This document shows, piece by piece, positions 1 to 13,116 of a DNA stretch of 64,000 nt. The DNA comes from Mobula hypostoma (taxonomy: Eukaryota), in the NCBI RefSeq assembly GCF_963921235.1, contig NC_086097.1, forward strand, positions 38,442,001-38,506,000, read 5' to 3'. Below the pieces are notes generated by a model, which saw only the letters and a program-made list of their open reading frames with translations, was not told where the DNA came from and did no database searches. Position numbers and translations under genes: made by a program. Position 1 is the stretch's first letter. The number at the start of each line of letters is the position of its first letter.

Positions 1-499
1 TTCTGGGACCATGAGAGGTTGTGCGAGATGTGCACTCCCAGGGGTTTGAAAATAGTGAATTGAGTAGAATAAGGAAAAAGGAAAGGATTTAAGAGAGTAA
101 ATTTAAGATGAAAAATGTTGGAAAGGTTGAAAATTAATTTCGATATTAAGCTCTATAAAGCAAGAGTGATACAGCTGCTAAAGATAGGGTGCAACCTAGT
201 ACCAATGTAAATGCCTGTATGGGCAAAGAGTGAAGATTATTAAATTGAGAAGAATGCAGGATTTCAAGCAACTATAATGCTGTAATAAAGAGAACACTGA
301 GAGGAAGGGGGGGGGATGTGGTGCAAGAAACCGAGAAGTTAATATAAGGGAATATACATTTTAAAAGCCAATGAAGAACAGAAAACATTGACCACAATGT
401 TATCCCCCCAAAATATATACATCAACTTCCAATAAAGATAATTACTATAGTCTTGGATTGATGTTGATTTGTTTTCATTAAGGTAATTATGGTTCTTAC

Positions 500-655
500 A
501 GTAATATTTTTGTACAGGTTGTTCAGCTGCACTGATCTGTAACTGTAAGCCATGTTGATGGGGTTTGTCTACTGGATTAATTGCTTCAATTTCACTGCTT
601 TCACGTACGGCCCGAGTTCTAGGAGCCACAGGTACCATCTGTTTCTGTGAAACAA
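500..655 (-). CDS. ZC3H14: ZC3H14 coding exon 9 (VVSQKQMVPVAPRTRAVRESS...QKYY); gene continues beyond window start
   Basis: gtatag|TT GTT TCA CAG AAA CAG ATG GTA CCT GTG GCT CCT AGA ACT CGG; matches QKQTLPVAPRTR. Donor at TAC T|gtaaga gives 156 nt, phase 1 to 1; the donor is less certain than the acceptor. Confidence 0.85.
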
Positions 656-1099
656 CTATACAAAAGGAATACTTGCAATTAATTTTTTTTAAACTCTTCA
701 AATACTTCATCCATACTTTTGTATTATTTTAGCTTAACTCTCAGAGAAACAAGGTAGAAAACAAGAATGAAGTTTCAACCGAAATTGCTTCAGTTTTACA
801 ATATAACAAAGCATTCAAAATGGAAGTGAAACTAAAATGGAATGTTTCGTTTTCATGAAACTCTAGATTGTTAACACAAAACATATAGATTGGAATTAAA
901 AAATAGGCATCTTTGTTCTTTTCTTTTAAAATAAAAGCACACTTACTGATTACAACTTAGAAAGCAGCCTTACCACCTCTTAGGAACATGAGAGCAAAAC
1001 CCCCATCAGTCCTGTTCTCCCCCTCCTTATTTCCATGCATCTTACTTTCTTTCGGATTCCCATTAATTCCTCTTTGATTATTTTGCCACTTATCTTTAT

Positions 1100-1293
1100 A
1101 AATAGCTGACTTACAGTAGCCAATTAACCTATCAGAACATCTTTGGGATATGGGAGTAAACTGAACCAGCGGGCAGAAACCTACAAGATCAAGGAGAAAA
1201 CAGAAAACTGCACACGTTCAAAGGTCAAGATCAAATCCAGGTACCTGGAGCATTGAAGGAGCAAAACCATTTATTCTGCCGCTGTGGTGCCCA
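1100..1293 (-). mobile_element. Degenerate V-SINE (HE1-like)
   Basis: Reverse complement resembles the V-domain (…ttctcc…ggtttc…cccata…ccaaaga…taggttaattggc) with a tRNA-like head. Confidence 0.55.
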
Positions 1294-1344
1294 ATATGAG
1301 CAGCCATAGCATTTCATTTGGAGCATTAAGCTGTCAACATTTTC

Positions 1345-2150
1345 ACCCCTCAACCATCAGGCTCTTGAACCAGAGGGGATAACATCACTTGCCCCATCAC
1401 TGAACTGTTCCCACAACCTTCAAGGACTCTTCATCTCATGTTCTTGATATTTATTTCTTATTTATTTATTATTATTTTCACTTTCTTTTTGTATTTGCAT
1501 AGTTTGCCGGTTTTTTTTGCATACTGGTTGTAGTCTGTCCTGTCGTTGTATAGCCATGTATTTGAAAACAAACTAAGACCACTCAGAGACTAAGCATGGG
1601 GTCTGACACTGTATGATATGCTCCACAAATAACGAAGCTCTTAGTCAAAGAAAATACGTTTCATCCTTTATTACGAAACCAGCAAAGACTAATAATCTTA
1701 CAACAATAAAAAACTAAGGAAACTAAAACCAGCAATATAACGAAATAAGTGGCCTAAGTGTATTCAGGAGTATTTAAGTGAACTTAAAGTGCATTTAAAC
1801 AATAAGCGGTTTTAAACATTAGCGAGAAATTAACGTTCGTAGACGTTAGCAGTCAATAAAAAAATAGCATTTTCCCGGCCTACCACTTGATCTAACCAAA
1901 CTAAAACTGACCTACAGACAAAGCATGAATATGTAACTATATTCTTCACTTCTACTCCGCCCCAACCCACATGACTAACTACCGATAATAAAAGTGCAAC
2001 CCAAAAGCAAGACAGACAGAAAATAGATACATGGCTCCGACACATTGATTCTATTATGTCTCTTGTATTTTCTGTGATTGCCCACAAGAAAATAAATCTG
2101 AGTTGTATATGGTGACATATATGTACTTTGATAATAAATTTAATTTGAAT
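1345..2150 (+). mobile_element. Rex1/Babar-type LINE 3' tail, interrupted by a ~500 bp insertion
   Basis: Matches the tail of the copy at 30230-30530 on both sides of 1547-2042. Confidence 0.65.
1547..2042 (-). mobile_element. Probable solo LTR (TG...CA ends with short inverted repeats)
   Basis: Begins TGTATAGCCATGTAT and ends ATACATGGCTCCGACA (imperfect inverted repeat). Minus-strand AATAAA near 1667-1672. No clear TSD. Confidence 0.5.
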
Positions 2151-2423
2151 TTTTAGGTAAATATAGATAAACTCGGGTGTTACAAGTCCTGCTTTTAAAA
2201 TATTGGAAGAGTCAAAAAGTAGGCCTATATTTTGGTGCCTGATAAGGAATGAATATGTAAAAGTGAAATCAACAAATCCTTGAAGGTAGCATCATTATGA
2301 TATCAATTAAAAATCAACAATTTCCAAATTCCCAGAGCTAATTATAATTGCTTATAATATAGTGTCAAATAGCACAAAATCAAAATCGTCCTGATTGCAT
2401 ACATTCATAAAACAATAGTTTAC

Positions 2424-2524
2424 CTGCTGGGTAACTTGTGGTCTTGCTTACAGATTTTTGGGCCTCTGTGATTGCTTTTAGAATTAGATTCTTATTGGCT
2501 TGTTTAGAAGGTGGCAAAGTGGGC
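2424..2524 (-). CDS. ZC3H14: ZC3H14 coding exon 8 (PTLPPSKQANKNLILKAITEAQKSVSKTTSYPA)
   Basis: tttcag|G CCC...GCA G|gtaaac; 101 nt; conserved LPPSKQANKNLILKAI motif. Confidence 0.95.
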
Positions 2525-2604
2525 CTGAAAAACAAAAAGGCTGTGTATAGTTTTCATAATTTTTTTATATATAGCTTGCTACAAAATACAGTTTATTATA
2601 AGCT

Positions 2605-3032
2605 CAAGAGATTCTGCAGATACCGTAAATCTTGAGCAACACGCACAAAATGCTGGAGGAACTCAGCAAATCAGGCAGTATCTATGGAGGAAAATAAACA
2701 GTCAACATTTCTAGCACAGACCCTTCATCAGGACTGGAAAGGAAGAGGGCAGAAGACAGAATAAGAAGATGGGGGTGGGGGAGGAGGGAGGATAGGTGAG
2801 ACCAAGAGAGGGGGAAAGATGGGGAATCAAATTCAAATGGGTAGAACCTGCCTTTTGGGAGTAGGTCTCGCCATTCACCTGCCAGCTTATACCACTTCTC
2901 CCAATTTTTTTACAATGCATCTGCCTCCTCCCTTCGTAGTGCTGATGAACAGCGTCACTCAGAAAAGCCAATGTTTATTCTCCACAATAGAAGCTGCCTG
3001 ATTTGCTGAGTTCCTCCAGCATGTTGTGTGTA
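2605..3032. mobile_element. PLE terminal repeat in inverted (fold-back) arrangement with a degenerate hammerhead motif
   Basis: aaatgctggaggaactcagcaaatcaggcag (~2648-2678) is inverted relative to ctgcctgatttgctgagttcctccagcatgtt (~2994-3025). Hammerhead-like CTGATGA..GAAA on minus at 2699-2736. Confidence 0.7.
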
Positions 3033-4954
3033 CAGCCTGTAATAAAATCTGATACCCCAGGGGTACAGAAACTACACCAGGTCAAGATGAGATGGCAGAC
3101 GACCCTTAAAAGCTGAGAATGCAATGGGATCTTTAAGCAGTTCCACAGAATAATTGATGAATAAAAAACAATAAGCTTTTTCATGCATTCTGGAAACATG
3201 AAAGAAAATAACAATCACTTGTACCTGGTGGAAAGCAGCACTGGGAATTGGTATGGATTCCCTAATACAGGCTTAAAATAACTGTATGAAAGGCTATTTC
3301 TGGAAAATTGATGATGACAGGTATTTGCCTGACATTCTGTAAAATCATTCTATTTACTTTTGTTTTTATTATTATCTCACTCTTCCCTCATGTTCTGTTC
3401 CTTTTTAATTGTATCTCCTGTTGTTCTATGGGGCTGCATTTGAAATTCCTGGAGCTTGATAGAACTTCACAACTACTTTGTTCACGAGAAAACCTGAACA
3501 ACCAATTTATGTTACATCTATGCCAGAATACACTACTATATTAATGAATCACTTCTAGGATATTTTTTAAAAGAGAACTTCACTACCACTGTGCAAAACA
3601 CCTGCAATATATATGTACATGCTCCAATTTTTCTCACAAAAAACTGAGCACAGCATAAATCTTGATCATCTGAAGAAACCTGCAGATGATGGTGTATTCA
3701 TACAGCTGTTATCCTTGCCTTTCTCAAGGATAAAAGTCATACAACATTGAAGCCAGCCCCTTAATCTACCATATCCATACCAACTATCAAGCAATATTTA
3801 CTCTATTCCCATTTTCCCCACATTTGGTCCTTAGCCAACTACTCATCTAGACACTTAAGTGTTATGAGGATCTCTGTGTCCATCACCCTTTCAGACAGAG
3901 CACTTCAGGTTTCAGTCATCCTCTGAGTGTAAAAATTCTTTCCCAGGCCCTTTCTAAACCTCTTACCCATTTCCCTAAAACTATGCCCTCTAGTTTTAGA
4001 TTTGTCTGTTACGGGAACGGTTTCCTCCTATCTACGCTATCTCTGCCTACATTATTTTATATAATCTGTATCAGCTACCCACTCAGCTAACTGCACTCCA
4101 AGGGAAACAAACACAGCTTATCCAATCTCCCTTCATGATTGAAATGCTTCATTCACCAGGATTATGAAGAGGAATATCCTGCTGAATCTCCTCTGCACCA
4201 ACTACAATTCATTACATCCTTAAAAGGTAATGTTATAGGTCATAGATTTGGGTGATGCAAATAACTGACATTCATTTCTACATGGCTCAGACTATAGCCA
4301 CAGTGGATGTTTAGGGTAGTGTATATATAGTGTATATCAAATAGAACCTTTGTTCTATCTAGGTAGCCAACTATCTTCACTGTTGTTGGACTGGCAAGTA
4401 GAGTCTATCCATCGGACTCACTTCCTGTAGATTTTGATCCCTAGTAAATTTCTGCTTACTGTAATAACTAATGGATTCAGAGCCAGTAATTTTCTTATTT
4501 TCTCTACAGGTATTGTTTAGCTTGCTGAGTGACTCCTGAATTATTTTTTGTATTCATATTTTCAACATCTTATTGGACTTTATGTTCTCTCAAGTCGATA
4601 ACTAGATTGCAAAGCTCTACATAGCCTAGTTCTTAGTTCCAACCCAGCATGAACCTCTATTCAGGATGTATGGTGGAATGAAGATCAAATTTCCCCAGTT
4701 TCAAAAGAAAAAAGTTGCTCTGCTTTACAAGAAAACAATATTGAAAAATTGTAGTATTGAGGTTAAGAATGAACTTTTTTAAGTGAACATAAAATCAACT
4801 TCCTAGTAGTAATCACATCCTAACAGAAAAATTGGACACTGCAACTTAAAATTGCAAAGACTGTAAAAATTTCAGATGGAAAAAAATGTCAATTGCATAG
4901 TGAAAAGGAAACAAAATTTAGAATTCACGCATATAATGCTTTTTACCCTCATAC

Positions 4955-5106
4955 CTTCTTTCAGGTTTCACTGGGACAGAAATACTACTGGAAAGACTTC
5001 CTGTTCTTGAGCCAAAGTCGTCATCATCTTCTTCGCCGTCACTAGTCTTGTTTACTTTAACAACAGAGCTAATGATTGATGCCTTTCTCTTCTTTGAACT
5101 TTCATC
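4955..5106 (-). CDS. ZC3H14: ZC3H14 coding exon 7 (DESSKKRKASIISSVVKVNKTSDGEEDDDDFGSRTGSLSSSISVPVKPERR), includes a basic NLS-like KKRK
   Basis: tcatag|GAT...AGA AG|gtatga; 152 nt, phase 0 to 2; matches ZC3H14 RKRK..SSVVKV..GSRTGSISSSVSVPAKPERR. Confidence 0.94.
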
Positions 5107-5978
5107 CTATGATACAAGAAAAAGCAAATTCCTTGACCAGAAAATTACTATCCTATCTGTATGTAATCAATCTAAACAGCTATCATTACTTTAGTAGGAC
5201 CTTTATATATTTACCATTGAAAATAATGTTCTTGTACAATGCCGCTAAAATTTGCAACTCTCTTATACTATCAGCCATCCAATTAGAAATGAAATTTCAA
5301 ATGTTTAGTATAAATTGTGCAGATATATCTCCAAGGCAACTAGAAACAGTGCCATATCAATGAAAGATATTCATGAAAAACAGAATAATACAACATTAAT
5401 TTTTAATTCCATTGTTCAAACTGCAAGACATATTGATTATAGTTTATGGAATCAAGAGGAAATATGGAATTGGCAAAGTGGAGGAATAAATTACTGGAGG
5501 AAAGACTGTGGAGGCAGAAGAACTAAGAATTTGGAGGGACACTATTTTATGTGAATAGTATGAGGAGAAACTAAATGATAGATTACATTGAAAGTACTTC
5601 AATTGAATGGAAGCATGTAATTACACAAATTTGAGTTTCTAAGAAAGAATTAATGTTATAAGTTGTAATATGAGAAGGTGGTATTAAATATGGAATATTC
5701 AAAAATAAGCAGCTTATGCAACCAATGGGAGAGAAAACCCATCCATAGAAAATGCACAATGGAAGAAACTGATGTACAACACATTGTGGAAGCACACAAT
5801 GGATGTGTGCCATACTAGAGATGCTGACAATATAAAATATCTAATAAGTGAACAAAATGAAAAAAGATACATTCAAAGGTGCAATTTTAATAAAGTTATC
5901 ACTGGGCTGTTAAATATGTACAGGGGTTTGAACAAACTACATTCATTCAAGCTTTCAAGACTATTAATTTCTACTCAC

Positions 5979-6444
5979 ATCTCTACTTGATCGATCAGAG
6001 TTAGACTTTGATGACCTGCAAACCTGTACTCCACTTTCCGGCAATCTGTTGTAAGCTTGCAAGGTGCTTTCATATGATCTGTAAACATTGCCAGTATTTT
6101 CTAATAGTCCGTAGCCATGCAAGGTGCTTTCTCCTAACTTACATGGCTGCACATTATTCTGAGCTATCCTTACAGGCTGAGTGCTAGTGTCAGTTGTCTT
6201 GTACACTTGTGAAACATTTTCTTCTGGCCCAGAGGTATCAAATGAAGGGCAAGATACATTGTACGAAACTGTCACCACAGGCTTCTTCTTAGAAGATGAT
6301 GGAAGTTCCTGCAAAATGTTAAGATCCCCATCTATAAGATCATCTGGTTCAGGTTTAATGTCAATTATTGCTTCAGAGGAAACTGGTTCTGACAAAGGCT
6401 TCACTGCTGATGTTAACTGAGATGAACTCCTTTCCAAAGTTGTT
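5979..6444 (-). CDS. ZC3H14: ZC3H14 coding exon 6 (TTLERSSSQLTSAVKPL...IIDIKPEPDDLIDGDLN...SSRD)
   Basis: gcacag|A...GAT|gtgagt; 466 nt, phase 2 to 0; contains the conserved IDIKPEPDDLID motif (ORF 5964..6479). Confidence 0.92.
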
Positions 6445-7656
6445 CTGTGCATAAATAAGGTAATAGTAGAGGAAAACATTAGAGACGCTCTTACAGAATT
6501 TAATGTACAAGTTTCTTATTTAAATCTGTATTACACAACAAAGAAAGAAACTTAAGTCATCTGGTTAAAGTAATTTTATTAATTCACGCTTGAAGTCAAA
6601 ATTCTTATAATTGTATCATTAACCTTTTTTTCCCATGGTCAAGAGATTATAGTATTAAACTTTGGATCCAGGGTTGAAGTATTCAGAAGACAAAAGCTGA
6701 AAAATTCAACTATACTATTTGGGAAAAGACAAGAGCCACAATCAAAGCAAATGAAATCTTGCTGATTATGGGGTAGAGACTCATATGGAGTACAGGATTA
6801 CCTGATCTTACAGAAAATAATTCTGACAACAGAAATCAAGACGTCTCTTATAGAATTAACACTGAAGATTTTGGTTGCGTTTACTAAAGGACACAAGCCA
6901 GACATACATTTCCAACTATTTCACCATCAAACTGTCAACACTCACTCTCAGGATTAAGTAAAGATGGACCATTTTCCTAAGTCACCATTATAATTTTAGC
7001 TTAACACAAGGTTAACCTTTAAGTTATCTTTCAATAGCTAGTGACAAATAAGATCACAAAAATAGAAGAAATAACAGGCAATAATACTGACTATATTCAA
7101 TAATACTGACAATATTCCTCAAGGCTATTTTAATATGGATCACATTCTCTCTTGTTCTCTGAGCATCCAGTAATCAAACAATCAATCTGAGCTGTGAACA
7201 GACTCAAAATGAACATCACATTCCAATTCTCTTCTTAAAAGAATTTTTTTTCCCTCAACTCAGTCCAAAGTAGCCTTTAGCCTTCAACTATGCAGTCTAG
7301 GTCTAAACTCTTCCAAGACTAAACAAACTTTCATCAATAACTCTTGTCAATAATTCTCAGTCTCACATGTTTCATTAAGCACTTAGTTTTTGAAAGGATA
7401 ACAGCTTCTTTGAGCACTCTTCATAGATCACCCCTTCATCACAGGAATCAACCTGTGATTCTTTGCACCTTTGCATCAGACTACTGAACCTCCAAAACCT
7501 CCTTCCAAAATGGCACACATCATTCTGAATATAGTCTTATCATGACCCTCTAACAACCTCAGCTAGATTTCTTTACTTTACCTTAACCTAACAATAAAGA
7601 ACAACATTTGCTTTTCTAACTGGCTATTTTGTATAAATTGTAATTTATAAATTACG

Positions 7657-7840
7657 GTAGGGTCTTTTAAGCCGATACAATAGGGTCTTTTAAGAGATTC
7701 CTGGATAGGTACATGAAGCTTAGAAAAATAGAGGGCTATGAGTAACCCTAGGTAATTTCTAAGGTAAGGACATGTTCAGCACAGCTTTATGGGCCAAAGG
7801 GCCTGTATTGTGCTGTAGGTTTTCATTGTTTCTATGTTTC
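7657..7840 (+). mobile_element. CR1 LINE 3' end fragment
   Basis: Nearly identical to the 3' UTR of the CR1 at 15630-15785. Confidence 0.75.
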
Positions 7841-8217
7841 TAAATTATACAACCGTGGCTACCTATGAAGAAGCAAATCTCAAGGCTGTATAATTTATAC
7901 ATTCTTTGATAATAAATGAATCTTGAATCTTAAACTGCTTATTCAAATGTTGTAACATGTTAATATGCTATCCTAACCTTACAGGCTCTTACTTTATGGA
8001 ACAATCTTCTATGTGGTGTGCTATCAAATACTTTTTTGATAATCTAGATATATGAAATATATTGGTCTCAACTTAGCTTCCTTTCTAATTACATCCTCAG
8101 AAAATGTTGGGACACAAACATGGCTCTCCCTTCATAAAATCATATTTTAAGGTTTAGGTCTCCTGTTAACATGTTAATACTACGTAACATGTCATTCACA
8201 CAATAAATTGAGAGTAG

Positions 8218-8851
8218 ACAACAGGAATTCTGCAGATGCTGGAAATTCAAGCAACACACATCAAAGTTGCTGGTGAACGCAGCAGGCCAGCAGCATCTCT
8301 AGGAAGAGGTGCAATCGACGTTTCAGGCCAAGACCCTTCGGCAGGACTAACTGAAGGAAGAGTGAGTAAGGGATTTGAAAGTTGGAGGGGGAGGGGGAGA
8401 TCCAAAATGATAGGAGAAGACAGGAGGGGGAGGGATGGAGCCAAGAGCTGGACAGGTGATAGGCAAAAGGGATACGAGAGGATCATGGGACAGGAGGTCC
8501 GGGAAGAAAGACAAGGCGGCGGGGGGGGGGTGGGGGACCCAGAGGATGGGCAAGGGGTATATTCAGAGGGACAGAGGGAGAAAAAGGAGAGTGAGAGAAA
8601 GAATGTGTGTATAAAAATAAGTAACAGATGGGGTACGAGGGAGAGGTGGGGCATTAGCAGAAGTTAGAGAAGTCGATGTTCATGCCATCAGGTTGGAGGC
8701 GACCCAGACGGAATATAAGGTGTTGTTCCTCCAACCTGAGTGTGGCTTCATCTTTACAGCAGAGGAGGCCGTGGATAGACATGTCAGAATGGGAATGGAT
8801 GTGGAATTAAAATGTGTGGCCACTGCGAGATCCTGCTTTCTCTGGCAGGCA
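8218..8851 (-). mobile_element. 5'-truncated Penelope-like (Neptune-type) element: GIY-YIG C-terminus plus 3' terminal repeat with hammerhead motif
   Basis: Reverse-complement match to 16960-17587; hammerhead-like motif at 8313-8348. Confidence 0.85.
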
Positions 8852-9002
8852 GAGAGCAGTACTTGCTCAGCTAAATTATTTGCAAGGCTTTACCAGGTCA
8901 TTATTATTTAAGTACATTTCAAGTGATATTTCAATTTTTTGTACTATTATCTCATCATCTGTGAGCTAGCTACTCAAACAGAATTTTAAATGGTACCATT
9001 AC

Positions 9003-9204
9003 CTGATACTGGGTATTGTCTGCTCTTGCAATGAGCTAGTAGTTACACGAGAATCATTTTTTTCAGAATGTGTGCTTGACACAGCAAGAATACGAACATC
9101 TTCACTATTTTGATCAGTGCTTCCAATGACAGCTGCTCGACTCTTCTCTGAAGGAAATACATTGCAATCTGTGTAGTTTGGCTGTTGCTTCACAGTGGTG
9201 GGGT
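9003..9204 (-). CDS. ZC3H14: ZC3H14 coding exon 5 (DPTTVKQQ...EDVRILAVSS...SRVTTSSLQEQTIPSIR)
   Basis: ttgcag|AC...ATC AG|gtaatg; 202 nt, phase 1 to 2, compatible with both neighbours; inside ORF 8999..9313. Confidence 0.88.
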
Positions 9205-9359
9205 CTGCAACACAAAAATAAATCATTTCTGATGATACAATATTTAAATAATGATTTCTGGTTGTTTTAATGTTTAATTTTAATTTGAAAACAAAGGCAT
9301 TTGTTGAAATCAATGTGTAATATTTACATTTTAAATAAAAGTAATCTGGATCTACTTAC

Positions 9360-9400
9360 CAACTGTTACAGAGCGCAGCTTGTCAAGAACTCCATGCAGC
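9360..9400 (-). CDS. ZC3H14: ZC3H14 coding exon 4 (LHGVLDKLRSVTV)
   Basis: acttag|G CTG CAT...GTT G|gtaagt; 41 nt, phase 2 to 1. Confidence 0.95.
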
Positions 9401-10685
9401 CTAAGTAAAAGTAGTACATTAAGTTCCTGGAATATTGCAAGGCTTGAAATTTAAACATACATTTCATTTTACATATTTTGTGAAAACTTAAGATTTCTAT
9501 ATAATGCACAAGCATCAAATTCTTCATTACGAAATGACAAGCAGCCCTGGTATAATGGAAATGTGTCTCCAACAATTAATGTTTCCTCCAACGTTTTCTT
9601 TCTTTTTTCTGATTCTGGAGTTGTTTAGCACAGGAACAGGCTCTCTGGCCAAGCACATTCATGTGGACCCTTTTGCCCCTCAACACTAATCCCATTTACC
9701 TGTGTCAGGACTGTATTCTTCTATCCCTTCCCTATTTATGCGTCAGTCTAAATGTCTCTTAAATTTAGCAATTGTGTCTGATTCCATGTCTAGCAGTATA
9801 TTCCAGATATCAACCAGTCTCTGTGCAAAACAAGCTTACCCCTTCTTTCCTTACTTTATGAACTACCACCATATTCTAGCCAATAGCTGTACTTAATTTC
9901 ATCTCCTCACACTTATTGTCATATCAGACTAAAATTTTTTTGTGCACATTTTATCTGCATATTTCTACTGCACTTGGAAATTGATATAGCTCTGCTGTGA
10001 TCAAACTATGCAGTGAAGTGACCTCTGGATTGAATGATGTATTCCTGTTCTTATTTTCATAGCCCAAGGCCTGAAATGTTGATATCCTGCCATCCAAGTC
10101 ACTAACTTTACAGAAAAAGTTTTTTAATGGAAAAGAAAAATTTAGCATTTGCCGAGTCTCAACAAAACAATGTCATAATCATCTTACAGATCAGTTTCAA
10201 AAGATGCATGTGAGAAAAGGTAAGGTTAAGATTTCAGGTCACTGAACATTTATGAGAACCAAAAAATAACAGTGATGGGAGAAAGTCAGGGTAAAATATT
10301 GTTTTTTTGCTAAGACAGGAAATGAGAGAAATAAGACTTCTTTTGCGTAATCATTTCATTGCAAGACAAAGGGGAGCAACAATAAAAATTAGAAGAAATA
10401 CTAAGATCCAGAGGATGTATGTAAGTGGTTAGAAACAGAATGGGAAGTCAGGATTGGAGGGGAAAACAAGTTCCTATGGTCCAGGAATGAGGTAATCGAC
10501 CCAAGGGCACTGTTGGTTGGAGGTGTGGCAGGCAGCAATACCAAGCAGGAAACAACATCTTCCTGTAAATCTCTTTAGGGTCACCTATGTTTTAAAGCAC
10601 AAGCATTGAAATACACAAAACAAATCTAATGGAACAGAAAAGAAACTAGAGTTTAATTATAACATAAAAGAAAAAAAAAACTTAC

Positions 10686-10800
10686 CATACAGTAAACTTG
10701 AGAGTATTGCTTCCCAGAAAAAGAGACAGATCTTCTGCCATTTGCTCCTGGCTCTTTTTATTGGCTACCATAACCATAATGTAATCTGGGAGCTCTTCAT
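10686..10800 (-). CDS. ZC3H14: ZC3H14 coding exon 3 (DEELPDYIMVMVANKKSQEQMAEDLSLFLGSNTLKFTVW)
   Basis: ctgtag|AT...GTA TG|gtaag; 115 nt; highly conserved PWI-like core, visible in ORF 10682..11041. Confidence 0.97.
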
Positions 10801-11049
10801 CTACAGATGGAAAGAAAAATAGTCTAAATATTAGAATCACAAAGTTAAGTAAAAAATTGTACAATATAACTATATTAATGTTATTCCAAGTGTCCCTGTG
10901 CACTGTCAGATCATGGTGTAGTACAACTGGTACTACCAAGGTGTGGAAAATAGGTTCAAAACAGATCTGGCAACTCAAAACATGGACCATCAATGGCACT
11001 GTAAAAGTATCAGTTTGCTCAATGCTCAGCATATCCCTCATTCTACCAA

Positions 11050-12420
11050 TACAATTTAATCAGCTGATCAGCCCTGATTCAACAAGGAAAGCACCAGGCT
11101 TGCCTATAGCAGCATCAAGATTACCCAACTTGAATGTATTTACCTGGGCAAGCTGCTACACAGTCAAAGGATGAAGAAGTATCGTGAAGCATATTCCCAT
11201 CTTTAACACTGGTGGGATCCAGCACATGTGTGAAAGACAAGGCTGAAACATGCTCAAGCATATTTTTGCAGAATGGATTAGCAATCCAGTGTTCTGCCAG
11301 ATCCCCAATTTAAGTCGCAACCTATTTGACTCACTCCAATTGAATCAACTACTGCAAAAACCACAGGACCAGACAACATCCAAAATGTAGCACAAAAGAT
11401 CTACATTTCAGATCTAGCTTAAATACCACCCAAACTTTTCAGTAGTTAAAACATATCTGACAATTTAAAAATTGCCCAGGGAAGTCCTGCTTACAAAAAA
11501 AAACAGGATAAATCCAACCCAGCCAATTACTGCCCTATCAATCAGTCTATTCTCAATCAACAAAGTGATGAAGGGGTTCATTGACATGGCTATTAAAAAA
11601 CACCAGCTCATCAAAATTCTGCTCACCAAGCCCAGTTTGGGTTTTGCAAAAACCACACCTCATAGCCAGTCTAACAAGGCCCCAAGAGCAGAAACCTATG
11701 GTCAAGATGAAAGTGACTGAAATTGATCAATAAGGAAATGCTCTATATCATCAAGGAGCATCGCTGAAACTGGTCAATGGGCATCACAAACACTTCAGTG
11801 GGTGAAGCCATTACTTATATGAAGGAAGATAACTACAGTCAATGATCTGAACTCAAGGACATTATCAATTTCCAAGCCTTTAATATTCAAACATCATCTG
11901 TTCCATCAATGATCTTCCTTCTATCTTAAGGAATAAAGTGAGGATGGTTGCTTATGATTATGCAATGACAAATTCCATTCCATTTAGCACTCTTCAGAAA
12001 ATGAAGTGGTCTACTCCTGCAGGCAGCATTATCTTGATAATGTTCAATCATGGCCCAATGGCTGGCAAGTAACATTCATGCCATAAAAGTACCAGACATG
12101 TCCATGTCCAACAAGAGAGAGCCTAACCACATACCCTTAGAATGGCATTACAATCATTGTCCCACATGATCAACATCCTGAAGGGATCAATAATAACTCG
12201 AAATTCAAATGGATCAGCCACATTAATATTGTGGCTCCAGATGAGGGCATCGTTTGGCAAGTGACTGACCCCTTGATACCCAAAATTTCCACCATCTACA
12301 TTGCTTTAGTCAGAAATTGAATAAAATACTCTCTAATTCTTTGGTTAAGTACAGCTCCAATAACATTCAAGCAGCTTAATGTTATATGGGACAAAGCAGC
12401 TATTTTATTTCCATTCCATC
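11050..12420 (+). mobile_element. Old, decayed CR1/L2-group LINE (RT fragments)
   Basis: Remnants resembling K..GPD.I, NP..Y.PISL.S and Q.GF motifs; similar to the minus-strand decayed LINE at 61840-63520. Confidence 0.55.
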
Positions 12421-12453
12421 TACTCCTCTAAAAATCCGTTCCTTCCTCTAGAA

Positions 12454-13116
12454 CGGGGGACCTTTTTTGTACCGCAGACCGGTTTAATATTGACAATATT
12501 CTTGCGGACCGGCTGGCCAGGAGTGGGGGATTGCCAACTTTCTCACTCCCAAGTAAGGGACAAAATTAGCAGTCAAATCCCGGGACACTTGTGTTTACCC
12601 CAGGAAAGACTACCATGACCGTGAAGCCTTGCGCGGGCACCTGTGTGCACATGCGTGATGTGTGCATATGTGACGTGCGCATGCGCCTACGTGCCGATTT
12701 TTCTCCCCACAAATCAGTTTCAGCTTAATCTTCCCGACTATACTGTACATACATTATTTTTACTTTATATAGGCTGTGTAGTTATCATATCATTCCTGCT
12801 TTTACTATATGTTAGTGTTATTTTCGGTTTTATGTGTTATTTGGTATGATTTGGTAGGTTATTTTTTGGGTCTGGGAACGCTCAAAAATTTTTCCCATAT
12901 AAATTAATGGTAATTGCTTCTTCACTTTACGCCATTTTGGCACGAACGGTTTCACAGGAACGCTCTACCTTAGCGGGGGAAATACGGGACAGTTGGCAAC
13001 CCTATGTTCAAGTTCAACAGTGCGTGATAGAGAATGAGGAAAGGTACAGCTGACTCATATCGTTTCCTAGCGGCCCGGTAGCACATGCTTTGCGGCCCGG
13101 TGGTTGAGGACCGCTG
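12454..13116. mobile_element. Non-autonomous hAT-Charlie element containing an inner hAT MITE (~12525-13004)
   Basis: Perfect 8-bp TSD CTCTAGAA (12446-12453 / 13117-13124; NTCTAGAN is the Charlie preference). End GGTTGAGGACCGCTG. Inner TIRs GGGATTGCCAAC / GTTGGCAACCCTA. Confidence 0.8.

Noticed and set aside
339..710. 123-aa ORF as an independent gene (likewise 8999..9313 and 10682..11041)
   Set aside because: ZC3H14 exons with intronic read-through on either side.
3305..3345. C/D-box snoRNA (ATGATGA…CTGA)
   Set aside because: Boxes are too close together and antisense to the host gene.
8236..8667. Overlapping 135-143 aa ORFs on both strands (also 17262-17919 and 60440-60995)
   Set aside because: Low-complexity PLE 3' UTR repeated three times in the window; no coding hallmarks.
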